DNA of 64,000 nucleotides from Elusimicrobiota bacterium (GTDB lineage Bacteria; Elusimicrobiota; UBA8919): NCBI GenBank assembly GCA_041658185.1, contig JBBAAR010000001.1, positions 122,400 to 186,399 of the forward strand, read 5' to 3'. Shown piece by piece: positions 9,138 to 17,670 of this stretch (position 1 is its first letter; each line of letters starts with the position of its first letter). The notes under the pieces were generated by a model. It saw only the letters and a program-made list of their open reading frames with translations, ran no database searches and was not told where the DNA came from. The position numbers and the translations under genes were made by a program.

Positions 9138-9739
9138 ACCAATGCCTGCTGACACTCTAAGGCGAATTCACAGACGGCACACCTATGATGCACATTGTGA
9201 TTCCTTATAAGTTGAGAAACTTCGCTTTTGTAAATTTTTTTCTTGACATCTGCGATTGCCCTAACACGCTCAAAAAGTTCATTTTTTAATTCATCGGAAT
9301 TTTCAACCGAATGTTCTTTATTATCGTCGTCAAGGTATCTTATAATTCCTCTTTTTACGGGAGAGGAAAAACTTTTTTCTACCATCAAAAAATATGCCGC
9401 AAGTTGAAGAGAGTGATACTTGCTCATTTCCGCCGGCGACTTTCCGCTTTTCAGGTCAACAACAAAAACCTCTTTTGTTTTTTTGTCCTGCATCACGAGG
9501 TCGGGTTTGCCTATAAGAACCACAGTATCATCAATTTGATAAGAAAGAAGTCCGCCGTCGCTTCCTGCATAAATTATGGTTCCATCACCGTAATTTTTTT
9601 TATCCCGCTCGCGGGACTCTTTATTCTTTTTGATTTTATGTTTTGCCGACCGAAAAACAACATCAATAAAAATCAAAGCAAACAAAATTGCCGATACGGT
9701 AAGTACGACTAACTTATATTCAAGAAAAAACTCTCTCAT
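9134..9739 (-). CDS. membrane-anchored PD-(D/E)xK nuclease, Cas4/RecB-like domain with C-terminal Cys cluster
   Basis: N-terminal TM helix; VVDLKSGKS (D-x-K), HSLQLAAY (QxxxY) and C-terminal HHRCAVCEFALEC (C-x2-C-x5-C), as in Cas4/AddB-type nuclease domains. No CRISPR is nearby. Confidence 0.45.
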   Translation of the reverse strand: MREFFLEYKLVVLTVSAILFALIFIDVVFRSAKHKIKKNKESRERDKKNYGDGTIIYAGSDGGLLSYQIDDTVVLIGKPDLVMQDKKTKEVFVVDLKSGKSPAEMSKYHSLQLAAYFLMVEKSFSSPVKRGIIRYLDDDNKEHSVENSDELKNELFERVRAIADVKKKIYKSEVSQLIRNHNVHHRCAVCEFALECQQALV

Positions 9740-9892
9740 TTGCTTCGTATTCTCTCAAAAAGCCACTTCAAATTGCAGTACTCCCAAGAACCGATTTCCG
9801 ACGGGAAAATCTTTGTCTTTTTCTCAACAATAATAACCTCGTCTTTTTCCAGTTTTTCGAACTCACTCACATCAATTTCCATAATAACACCA

Positions 9893-9975
9893 ATTACAAA
9901 TTGAGAATTAAGAGTTAAGAATTAAAATGTTAAAAACCATAATTCTTAATTTTCAATTTTCAATTCTTAATTGCT
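9893..9975. repeat. repeat family E (AATTAAGA units followed by inverted AATTCTTAATT units, AACACCA leader)
   Basis: ataataacaccaattacaaattgagaattaagagttaagaattaaaat...ataattcttaattttcaattttcaattcttaattg, between the Cas4-like gene start and the ComEC stop. Confidence 0.6.
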
Positions 9976-9978
9976 TCT

Positions 9979-12867
9979 CTATTGTATACCTATATTCAAA
10001 ATCTCACCAGCACCGGTCTCTCCCTGCGCAGAGGAAATATCAAAACCGGTTTTGCCTAACTTTGTTGAAAAATTATATTTTTCTCCGTCTGAAATAATTT
10101 CAACGCTTCCCGATGTATCGGTCCGGCAACTTCGCGTGCTGCTTACGCAGACGGCAAACCTTTCAAGAGCGGGCACCAAATCTGATTCATAAAAACTTCT
10201 GCCTTTTAAGTAGCCGAATTGAATAATAACGGCTTCCGGCGATACCGCACGGATAAACTCGTCTGTCGAGGCATACTTATGTCCGTGCGATGGAGCCAAA
10301 AGAACAGTTGACTTTACTGTATTAGACGATTTATCAATCAACGCCCACTCCGCATCCCGCTTTATATTTGATGTAAAAAGAAACGAAACTTTACCGTGAA
10401 TAAGTTTTAACACAACGGAATTATTGTCTAAAATGTCCTCGCCCGACTGAAATCCTTCAGCAGGAGGCCACAAAACTGAAAGTTTCAGACCTTTTTCCTC
10501 GTAAATTACATCTCCCGCTTTCGCTCTGTAATGTTTTTTCGGGAGTTCCTTATTGGCGTTGTTTTCAATTGCTTTTAAGAAATCATAATAGTCGGAGTAC
10601 ATCATAGAAACCCTGTTATCGTAAGGCGTAAGGGACAATTTCCAATCGCCAAGGTTGGTTAAAAACTCGTTGTAAGTCATACCGAGCGCGAACTTTTTCG
10701 GGTCAAAAACATCCCACACCTCGTCCACCGGTTTTTTTTCCATCACCGACGGAAGACCGCCTATATTTCCGGTTTCCGGTGACGTAAGAACAAGGCGGTT
10801 GAGCTTCATAATTTTATATTTTGAAAAAACGGGCAGAATCGTTGATATGCCGAAGTTCCATCCGCCGCCGCTGCCGCCGTCAATAAGAATATTTTTTCCC
10901 TTTGGCGTCTGAATGATAATAGATGAACCGAAACCGGCATCAAGAAATGTAACTTTCAATTTTTTCCTTTGGGGAATAAAAGTAAAATACAGTGTTAAAA
11001 CAATAACAAAGCAGAGAGACGCGCCGTAAATAATTTTTTTTCTCACTTCCGGAATGGAAAAAATATCCCGCGTCTGATAATAAACGCCTTCCAGAAGATA
11101 AAAAATCGGTTTATACAGAATAAACACCATAACGGCAACATAATACCAAACCATCTCTGCTGCCGTCGGCGTCTTAACGAACGGGTACGGGAACCTTATT
11201 GCAAAAAAATGCGCCATATCCAGAAAAAATTTCGCAAAAATATAATTCGCCGAGTTGATAACAAACGCGATATTCAGACCCAACGCCGGAAGACCCAGTG
11301 AAGAAAATAAAAGTTCAAATAAATTAGCGATAAGCCCCAGCTGAACTATGTACCCTATCAAAGGTATTGCGATATAATTTGCATATATGCCGGAAACCGG
11401 AAACATCTTAAAAAAGAAAGCCGAAAGCGGAATCATCATTCCTATCTGTATCGCCATTTGCGCAAATGTGAACTGAACAAAATATTTCGGCAGCGAAACA
11501 AAATCAAAATTTTTCAGAGGATATTTGTTATTTATAATCTTTGCAACGGCAATTGTCAAAAATATTAGTATCACATAAGTTACTGAGAAAGTTTTATTCA
11601 AAAAAATATCCGGATTTACCATTGAAAGCCCCGTTGAGAGAAGAATCCAAATAAGTATTACAAGAAAAGCCCAACCGCGGAACAAATATCTGATGACATC
11701 TTCAACGGGTCCGGAAATATGGACCAGCGACCATACCGCCACAAAAGATAAAACGAAAGAACCGTCGGGCAGCATAGTCGGATCAAAAAATAGAATAATA
11801 AATGCGGCAACCGGAATGGTAATCGCCGACGACATTCTCATACCCATTCCGCCGAATGTGTAAGCGAACTGACCTATTGACGACATAAGCGCGGCTCTTT
11901 TTGTGGCGGGAGATGCGCCGGTAATTATGGTGAAAAGAATAAGCCCGAAAACGAGAATAAACCAGCGGGGCTTTTTGGGAACTCTGAAAACATTGCATAT
12001 CATCAAAATTAAAATATGGACAAAACCGACATGTAAACCCGACACAGCAAGGACATGTCCTACGCCTGTCGCCTGAAACTCCATTTTAACTTTTTGGGGA
12101 ACGCCGCCGCGGCTTCCGAGTGTGACACCGCCTAAAAACGCCGACTCTGGATAAAGCATTGTTTTTCTTATAATAAGCAAAAATCTTCTTTTTAATTTAA
12201 TCGCGAGGCGTGTAATCCAGTCGGTATCGCCGGAACCGATATATTGAATCATCTCCGTTCGTCTGGCATACATCACGGCAAAAATGCCGCGGGCTTTCAG
12301 ATATCTACCGTAATCAAAACCGGAGGGGTTTCTCATCTCCGACGGCGGAAGCAGCGCCGCATCAACCTTTATTTTGTCGCCGTACTCAACCGTATCGTAA
12401 AATTCCCCGATGGTCGGATATATGGTAACCAGAACAAAACCGGTTTTTCCCGTCAGAGTTTCGCTGCTTTTTATTGCGCCCCAACCGGATTTTGAAGGCT
12501 TTTCAATTAACTCAGGCTTAACGGTAAGTTTCGTGCTATTATCACGGGCATCCGGTTCGCGGACAACGGTTCCTGTAATAATGGTTCTGTCAAAAAACTT
12601 TTCATCAACAAAATGTGAAATATGATTTTTATCTGAAATATCAACAGCGCTGTAATAATTTGCGGCGGCAAAAAATGCGGGAGTCAAAATCAAAAGCGGA
12701 ATAGCATATTTTGTTCTCTTAAAAAGTATGTAAAGCACGCCGCAGACGCCGCTCAGTGTCCAGAGCGTCATAACTGTTGCCGGCGGAAGAGCGCCTGAAT
12801 GAATTATCATCGCAGCGGCAACACCCGCTACAAAAGCATAACAGAAAATCGTAAGTTTTTGCGCCAT
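9979..12867 (-). CDS. comEC: DNA internalization competence protein ComEC/Rec2 (full length: DUF4131 + competence TM domain + MBL domain)
   Basis: 962 aa, many TM helices, GVGHVLAVSGLHVGFV competence-domain motif, and a C-terminal MBL domain (FLDAGFGSSIIIQTP...ILIDGG). Confidence 0.85.
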   Translation of the reverse strand: MAQKLTIFCYAFVAGVAAAMIIHSGALPPATVMTLWTLSGVCGVLYILFKRTKYAIPLLILTPAFFAAANYYSAVDISDKNHISHFVDEKFFDRTIITGTVVREPDARDNSTKLTVKPELIEKPSKSGWGAIKSSETLTGKTGFVLVTIYPTIGEFYDTVEYGDKIKVDAALLPPSEMRNPSGFDYGRYLKARGIFAVMYARRTEMIQYIGSGDTDWITRLAIKLKRRFLLIIRKTMLYPESAFLGGVTLGSRGGVPQKVKMEFQATGVGHVLAVSGLHVGFVHILILMICNVFRVPKKPRWFILVFGLILFTIITGASPATKRAALMSSIGQFAYTFGGMGMRMSSAITIPVAAFIILFFDPTMLPDGSFVLSFVAVWSLVHISGPVEDVIRYLFRGWAFLVILIWILLSTGLSMVNPDIFLNKTFSVTYVILIFLTIAVAKIINNKYPLKNFDFVSLPKYFVQFTFAQMAIQIGMMIPLSAFFFKMFPVSGIYANYIAIPLIGYIVQLGLIANLFELLFSSLGLPALGLNIAFVINSANYIFAKFFLDMAHFFAIRFPYPFVKTPTAAEMVWYYVAVMVFILYKPIFYLLEGVYYQTRDIFSIPEVRKKIIYGASLCFVIVLTLYFTFIPQRKKLKVTFLDAGFGSSIIIQTPKGKNILIDGGSGGGWNFGISTILPVFSKYKIMKLNRLVLTSPETGNIGGLPSVMEKKPVDEVWDVFDPKKFALGMTYNEFLTNLGDWKLSLTPYDNRVSMMYSDYYDFLKAIENNANKELPKKHYRAKAGDVIYEEKGLKLSVLWPPAEGFQSGEDILDNNSVVLKLIHGKVSFLFTSNIKRDAEWALIDKSSNTVKSTVLLAPSHGHKYASTDEFIRAVSPEAVIIQFGYLKGRSFYESDLVPALERFAVCVSSTRSCRTDTSGSVEIISDGEKYNFSTKLGKTGFDISSAQGETGAGEILNIGIQ

Positions 12868-12871
12868 GTTA

Positions 12872-12952
12872 ACACCAGAGAATTAGAGAATTAGAGAATT
12901 AGATTTTTTTCCAATTCACCAATTCTCTGTTGTATAAACTAATTCTCTGTCT
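12872..12952. repeat. repeat family D (AACACCAG + AGAGAATTAG tandem units followed by inverted AATTCTCT units)
   Basis: aacaccagagaattagagaattagagaattag...aattctctgttgtataaactaattctctg immediately upstream of comEC. Confidence 0.65.
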
Positions 12953-12956
12953 TTCA

Positions 12957-13280
12957 TCAATCCGGAACGAATTCGTGCGTTTCCATCTTTAATCTTTTCG
13001 GTTTTATATTCCTGCCGGCTGGCGTATGTTTGCCTGCGACCGAAGGGAGTCCTGTAGGCAGTCCTGTTGATATAGAAACCTCATCCGTATCTTCAACGAC
13101 TACGGCTTTAGGTTTCTGAATTTTTTTAAGCACCGTCTCATCATTTATATGCGGGTAATATCGCGCATTTGATTTATAGACGGTAGCGAGATTGTGCTGC
13201 GGCTTGAACTTGATAACAAAAGCACCTATTACCAAAGACAGCACAATCATAAAAATAAATAATTTAGAAGTCGTATCCAT
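12957..13280 (-). CDS. small membrane-anchored hypothetical protein
   Basis: 107-aa ORF with an N-terminal TM helix, flanked on both sides by family D repeats. Confidence 0.35.
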   Translation of the reverse strand: MDTTSKLFIFMIVLSLVIGAFVIKFKPQHNLATVYKSNARYYPHINDETVLKKIQKPKAVVVEDTDEVSISTGLPTGLPSVAGKHTPAGRNIKPKRLKMETHEFVPD

Positions 13281-13287
13281 AATAACA

Positions 13288-13362
13288 CCAGAGAATTAGA
13301 GAATCAGTTTATACGACAGAGAATTAGTAAAATCTTAATTCTCTAATTCTCTAATTCTCTAT
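13288..13362. repeat. repeat family D copy
   Basis: aacaccagagaattagagaatcag...cagagaattag...aattctctaattctctaattctct. Confidence 0.65.
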
Positions 13363-14444
13363 TCCCTATCTTGCTCCGTATCCGTTGACTCTTCCGGTGC
13401 GGTTTCTTCTTTTTGCTCCGGAAGTTCCTCCTCTTCTATTTTTTCAGTTCTGCTTTGGGGAAGAGGGAGCGGCTTGCCGAATTTTATTGCAGTTGAAACA
13501 TAGTGCGAGACACCTAAATCGGAGTGCGGGACAAAAGCATAATCCAGATAAAATTTTCCGAACCGCAACCCGAACCCGCCGGTAAAACCCGTGTAATCAT
13601 CAAATTTCCTCTGATTTATTTTCCAGCCCAGCCGAAGCCATAACGGTTCCGAAAAATGGTATTCCAAACCGAGCCGCTGTCTTAACCCTGCATCATTCGG
13701 CTGAATAACCTCAACAAGCAGGGTGGTTTTATATGTAATTCCCCAGGAACCGCCCATTTTAAGCGTTAGAGGAAGCGGGTCACTTTCATCAATAAATTTC
13801 ATCCCCTGCCCTATATTTACGACGGAGATACCCAGTGAAACCTTTTGTCTCGGCATTACAGTGAATGCACCTAACCCGAAAGATGCGCCGGATGCAGTTT
13901 TGTCTTTAAGTTTTTGAGAGATATTTCTTACCGATAAACCCAGTGAGAAATCCGGAGTTATTTTATACGCGAATCCGCCCATAATAGACCAGTCAATTAT
14001 ATAAAAATCGTTTCTGTCAATACCATAGATATCCCTTTCGGTATCTTTTGAGTTAAGATATTTTCCGTTTAAACCGAAAACGAATTTTCTTGTAGGTAAT
14101 GCTACGGCAATGGATTGCAGGGTTGTATCCTCAAAATACGCCAGATGCGATAACGACAACTCATTTGTAAAAATGTTTCCGAGACCCGCAGGATTGTATT
14201 CAATAATTCCTGAATCTTCCGCAAAACCGGTGTATGCTTCGCCGAGGGAGGCGGCGCGGGCTGAAACGGGAATGTTCAAAAACTGTGCGCCGCTGGTGCC
14301 GGGAGTAGCGGAGTAAAGGGTAAGTGAAAGGAAGTGAAAGAAAGTGAAAAGAAGTGAAAGAAAGTGAAATAAAGTGCACTTACGTTCACTTTTTCTCCAC
14401 TTGTGTTCACTGTAGTTATCACTTTTGTTCACTGTTTTTATCAT
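13359..14444 (-). CDS. FadL/PorV-like outer-membrane beta-barrel protein
   Basis: N-terminal motif AQFLNIPVSARAASLGEAYTGFAEDSGIIEYNPAGLG (hatch region of the FadL/PorV family), beta-rich sequence and an acidic C-terminal tail. The signal peptide is encoded by repeat family A. Confidence 0.6.
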   Translation of the reverse strand: MIKTVNKSDNYSEHKWRKSERKCTLFHFLSLLFTFFHFLSLTLYSATPGTSGAQFLNIPVSARAASLGEAYTGFAEDSGIIEYNPAGLGNIFTNELSLSHLAYFEDTTLQSIAVALPTRKFVFGLNGKYLNSKDTERDIYGIDRNDFYIIDWSIMGGFAYKITPDFSLGLSVRNISQKLKDKTASGASFGLGAFTVMPRQKVSLGISVVNIGQGMKFIDESDPLPLTLKMGGSWGITYKTTLLVEVIQPNDAGLRQRLGLEYHFSEPLWLRLGWKINQRKFDDYTGFTGGFGLRFGKFYLDYAFVPHSDLGVSHYVSTAIKFGKPLPLPQSRTEKIEEEELPEQKEETAPEESTDTEQDRE

Positions 14445-14445
14445 T
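14321..14445. repeat. repeat family A copy
   Basis: gtgaaaggaagtgaaagaaagtgaaaagaagtgaaagaaagtgaaataaagtgcacttacgttcactttttctccacttgtgttcactgtagttatcacttttgttcactg. Confidence 0.65.
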
Positions 14446-16333
14446 TTATTAAAGTTATCTTTCCTCTGAATTTTTTTCCGCCGGTATCAATTACATAGTA
14501 ATAAAGCCCGCTTGCAACTTTATCCCCGTTTTCATTTCTGCCGTCCCAGATTGCCTGACCGGACGCAGGAATAATTTCAGTAGGATTGGTCAAAGTCCTG
14601 ACTGTTGTTCCCGACATATTATAAATTCTTACATCAAAAGCCCTGCCCCAGTAAGTAAGCGGCAGATAAATATTTGTGTATTGCTGACTGCCGGGATAAA
14701 ACGGGTTTGGGAAATTTTTTGCTTTCTCAAAAACGGAAGCAGCGCTAACGCCGCTTATGTATGCGGTCATAACCGGTGATTCCGCGGATATGTTCGTTAT
14801 GGAGATGCCTGACGGCACGCCCGAGTTGGCATTGCTGTCCGGTATTGAATACGGTGAAAATGAAACTTCATTGTCGTTCAGGGAATAAGCGGCACTGTCA
14901 ACACTGCGGTCCAACGCAAAATTAGGAACGACACCCGGTACTTCCACCCACGCACGATAATATGAATTATCAGGCGGGCCGTCATTCAGGTGGCCCGTTC
15001 CGTCCGGCATTCCCTCGTCAATATGCCAGATAAGAATACCCGCTTCGGGCAAAGAGGCATCATAACCCGATTGCTGTCTGTTTTCAAGCAGAAAATATTC
15101 GCGACTGCCGGGAATTATTATGCGATATAAAGAATTGAGCGGGTTGGTTTCAAGTTGATTTATTGAAATTGTGCCCTCACCGTTTACATCAGTTCTTGAA
15201 AGCCATCCTGCGACACCGTTGGTGGCATCAGCGTCAATATCGTATTTAAGATACCCGCTTATATGAGAAGGTTTGGAACCGGCGGGAGTGCCGAGCCAAC
15301 CTCCGCCTGACATAAGACACCAGTCGCCGACCGGTTCACCGTCGTAATCGTAATCATATAAATCCGGCGCACCCAAATCATGAAAAAACTCGTGTGCAAA
15401 AGTTCCCATCGGGGAAAATTCAGAAAGCATTGTGTAGTCGGAAATTTTTTTGCCGTCAACGGTCTTTTCGGCATCAAGTGAACTTTTGTGAGACCAGATA
15501 TCGTTCGGATCTCCGCTTGATTCCTGACCGGCACCTGAATGAATTATTATTAAATGGTCAACATATCCGTCGTTATTTTTATCGTATTGGGCAAAATCTA
15601 TGCCGGAATCGGAAGCGGAGATTGCCTCGTCAACCAATTCCGAAACGAGGACGTCTTTGTTCGTCCCGGCATCCGCCCCATAATACGTTCTACTAAAATC
15701 CGCCGTGTACCACTGGTTGCCGGCAACGGTACCTGTCACAGTAAAATTGTTATATGATACCTCTTCGTAATAATTCCTCATACTACCCGTCGGGGTTGAA
15801 AAAAGCAGTTGGAAATAGTATGTAGCGGGGGTTAGTAAGCCGGTAGTGTCCGAAAAATTTATAAGAATAACAACCGCAGATGTCTCGCCGGAGGTTGCCA
15901 GTTGGGCGATTTTTCTAAGATGCGCTGATTTTCTGGCTCTGCTTTTCAACAACCTGTTTTGCATTATTAAATCCCTTCTCACAGAAAGATGTTTTTTAAT
16001 CCCGGGCGACGATTTTCCCGCTACATCAATTGTCGGATAAAGTTGTCCGGCAGTATCCTGCGAGGCATAACACCACCAGCCGGCTTTATTTTTCATAACC
16101 GTATAGCCATCGGCTGTTTCAACCCGTGAATAATACTCGTCGCCAAACTGCCGGGCATGAAAACTCGTACCGTCGGGCTGAGTTATATTAATCAAACCCG
16201 GTTTTGCCGGCACACCGTAAAGGCAGAGCATAGAACATAGAGCGTAGAGCGTAGTGAAAATAAGCAGGGATCTTGCAAGTCGCTCTGTCCTCTGTGCTCT
16301 GTCCTCTATCCTCTTAATTGACTTTTTCACCAT
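14441..16333 (-). CDS. M6-family (InhA-like) secreted zinc metalloprotease with T9SS-type C-terminal sorting domain
   Basis: HEFFHDLGAPDLYDYD HExxH region typical of M6 peptidases. C-terminus ...SGLYYYVIDTGGKKFRGKITLIK is a FlgD-Ig/T9SS CTD-like beta-sandwich. The signal peptide overlaps repeat family C. Confidence 0.7.
   Translation of the reverse strand: MVKKSIKRIEDRAQRTERLARSLLIFTTLYALCSMLCLYGVPAKPGLINITQPDGTSFHARQFGDEYYSRVETADGYTVMKNKAGWWCYASQDTAGQLYPTIDVAGKSSPGIKKHLSVRRDLIMQNRLLKSRARKSAHLRKIAQLATSGETSAVVILINFSDTTGLLTPATYYFQLLFSTPTGSMRNYYEEVSYNNFTVTGTVAGNQWYTADFSRTYYGADAGTNKDVLVSELVDEAISASDSGIDFAQYDKNNDGYVDHLIIIHSGAGQESSGDPNDIWSHKSSLDAEKTVDGKKISDYTMLSEFSPMGTFAHEFFHDLGAPDLYDYDYDGEPVGDWCLMSGGGWLGTPAGSKPSHISGYLKYDIDADATNGVAGWLSRTDVNGEGTISINQLETNPLNSLYRIIIPGSREYFLLENRQQSGYDASLPEAGILIWHIDEGMPDGTGHLNDGPPDNSYYRAWVEVPGVVPNFALDRSVDSAAYSLNDNEVSFSPYSIPDSNANSGVPSGISITNISAESPVMTAYISGVSAASVFEKAKNFPNPFYPGSQQYTNIYLPLTYWGRAFDVRIYNMSGTTVRTLTNPTEIIPASGQAIWDGRNENGDKVASGLYYYVIDTGGKKFRGKITLIK
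16224..16312. repeat. repeat family C copy
   Basis: agagcatagaacatagagcgtagagcgtag...gctctgtcctctgtgctctgtcctctatcctc. Confidence 0.65.
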
Positions 16334-17670
16334 CTGAACCTCGTAGTAAGCACAAACCTTTGTAAATCCTCGTCATATCTGTCAGCCGCAGGCGTTTGGT
16401 ATGACCTTATTGCAAACTCATAACCGAAGTCAATATCAAATTTTTCCATTACATATCCGCTGCCGAAAGAAAAACCGTAAAAAGTCGGAATTGCTTCCTT
16501 TACTATATCGGACATATAATACCAATTATAAACAGTATTGTCCCAATTCTCGTAAAACTCCTGATACTTAAAACCGCACCTGACCGGAATCCAGTCATTC
16601 AGCCACATTTCAAGTCCTAATTTTAACTCGTCGGTTTTTTCATAACCGGCAGGATGCTGTCTTCTGTTATTGGTGTCGGCGCCATTTATCGTCTTCGTTA
16701 CGAATGTCAAGACATTCCAGTTCTGTCTCTCCCAGTCGGCTGCAAAAAGCGTTCTGAACTTGTCCTTGAACCGGTAAGAAAAACCGAACCCGAACTTCTC
16801 CGGATATTTGAGGTCGCCTTTACTGACGGTTTTTGCGGCTGCTGAAACTGCGGTAGTTAAATTGCTGTCGGTCTCGGTCTCGGTAATGTCATATTCAACG
16901 GTTGCGGGTGTTTGGTAAAATCCGCCGCAGGTGTAATTTGACTGATTAAAAACAAGCCCGTATCTTGCACAATGTCCAGCGTATTCGGTGGAAATATCGT
17001 AGGCACTTTTCAAACTCGGCAGATTGTTGCTGTATGAAGTGTATTCGCGCGACGCTAATGGCTTGCCGCCGAGAAGCCCGTAAGAAAATCCTACCTGCAG
17101 TTCGTCAGCAATTTTTAAACCGAATCCGACATCCGTTTTTCTTAAACCACCGGAAGCGACTATATCGGTATCCGAAATTTTCTGCATTGTCTGAGAAAAG
17201 GCTGTCCAGGAAAACCTGTAAGAATAATCCAAAACGGGGGAATTATTTACGCCGAAAATAAGTGTGTTCCGTACAACCGGAACGGCAATACCAAGACCGG
17301 CAAGTTGAAAATAAACATTCTCGTTGGTTATATCAAGTATATTTTCTTTTTCATCAAATAAAACATAAGAAGGAATAACGGACACAATCATTTTATTCGC
17401 GGTGATACCTACTATCGTTGCGGGATTTACCGCGAGGGCAGAGGCATCATTTATAGTTGTAATTCCGGTTGAACCCATACCGACGGAGCGTGCGGAAAAA
17501 CCGGAAACAACATCTCCGAAATTATTAAGTCCGAGTTGTGTGTAGCCGTAAAGAGAAAGTGAACAAAAGTGAACAAAAGTGAACAAAAGTGAACAAAAGT
17601 GAACAAAATTCCACTTTCTTTCACTGTCTTTCCACTTCTTTTCACTGTAGTTCACTGTATCTATCACCAT
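16327..17670 (-). CDS. FadL/PorV-like outer-membrane beta-barrel protein
   Basis: FSARSVGMGSTGITTINDASALAVNPATI motif and a C-terminal ...TTRFRW aromatic terminus. The signal peptide (KKWKDSERKWNFVHFCSLLFTFVHFCSLSLYG) is encoded by repeat A. Confidence 0.6.
   Translation of the reverse strand: MVIDTVNYSEKKWKDSERKWNFVHFCSLLFTFVHFCSLSLYGYTQLGLNNFGDVVSGFSARSVGMGSTGITTINDASALAVNPATIVGITANKMIVSVIPSYVLFDEKENILDITNENVYFQLAGLGIAVPVVRNTLIFGVNNSPVLDYSYRFSWTAFSQTMQKISDTDIVASGGLRKTDVGFGLKIADELQVGFSYGLLGGKPLASREYTSYSNNLPSLKSAYDISTEYAGHCARYGLVFNQSNYTCGGFYQTPATVEYDITETETDSNLTTAVSAAAKTVSKGDLKYPEKFGFGFSYRFKDKFRTLFAADWERQNWNVLTFVTKTINGADTNNRRQHPAGYEKTDELKLGLEMWLNDWIPVRCGFKYQEFYENWDNTVYNWYYMSDIVKEAIPTFYGFSFGSGYVMEKFDIDFGYEFAIRSYQTPAADRYDEDLQRFVLTTRFRW
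17560..17670. repeat. repeat family A copy (4.5 x gtgaacaaaag, then inverted ttcac units)
   Basis: gtgaacaaaagtgaacaaaagtgaacaaaagtgaacaaaagtgaacaaaattccactttctttcactgtctttccacttcttttcactgtagttcactg. Confidence 0.7.
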
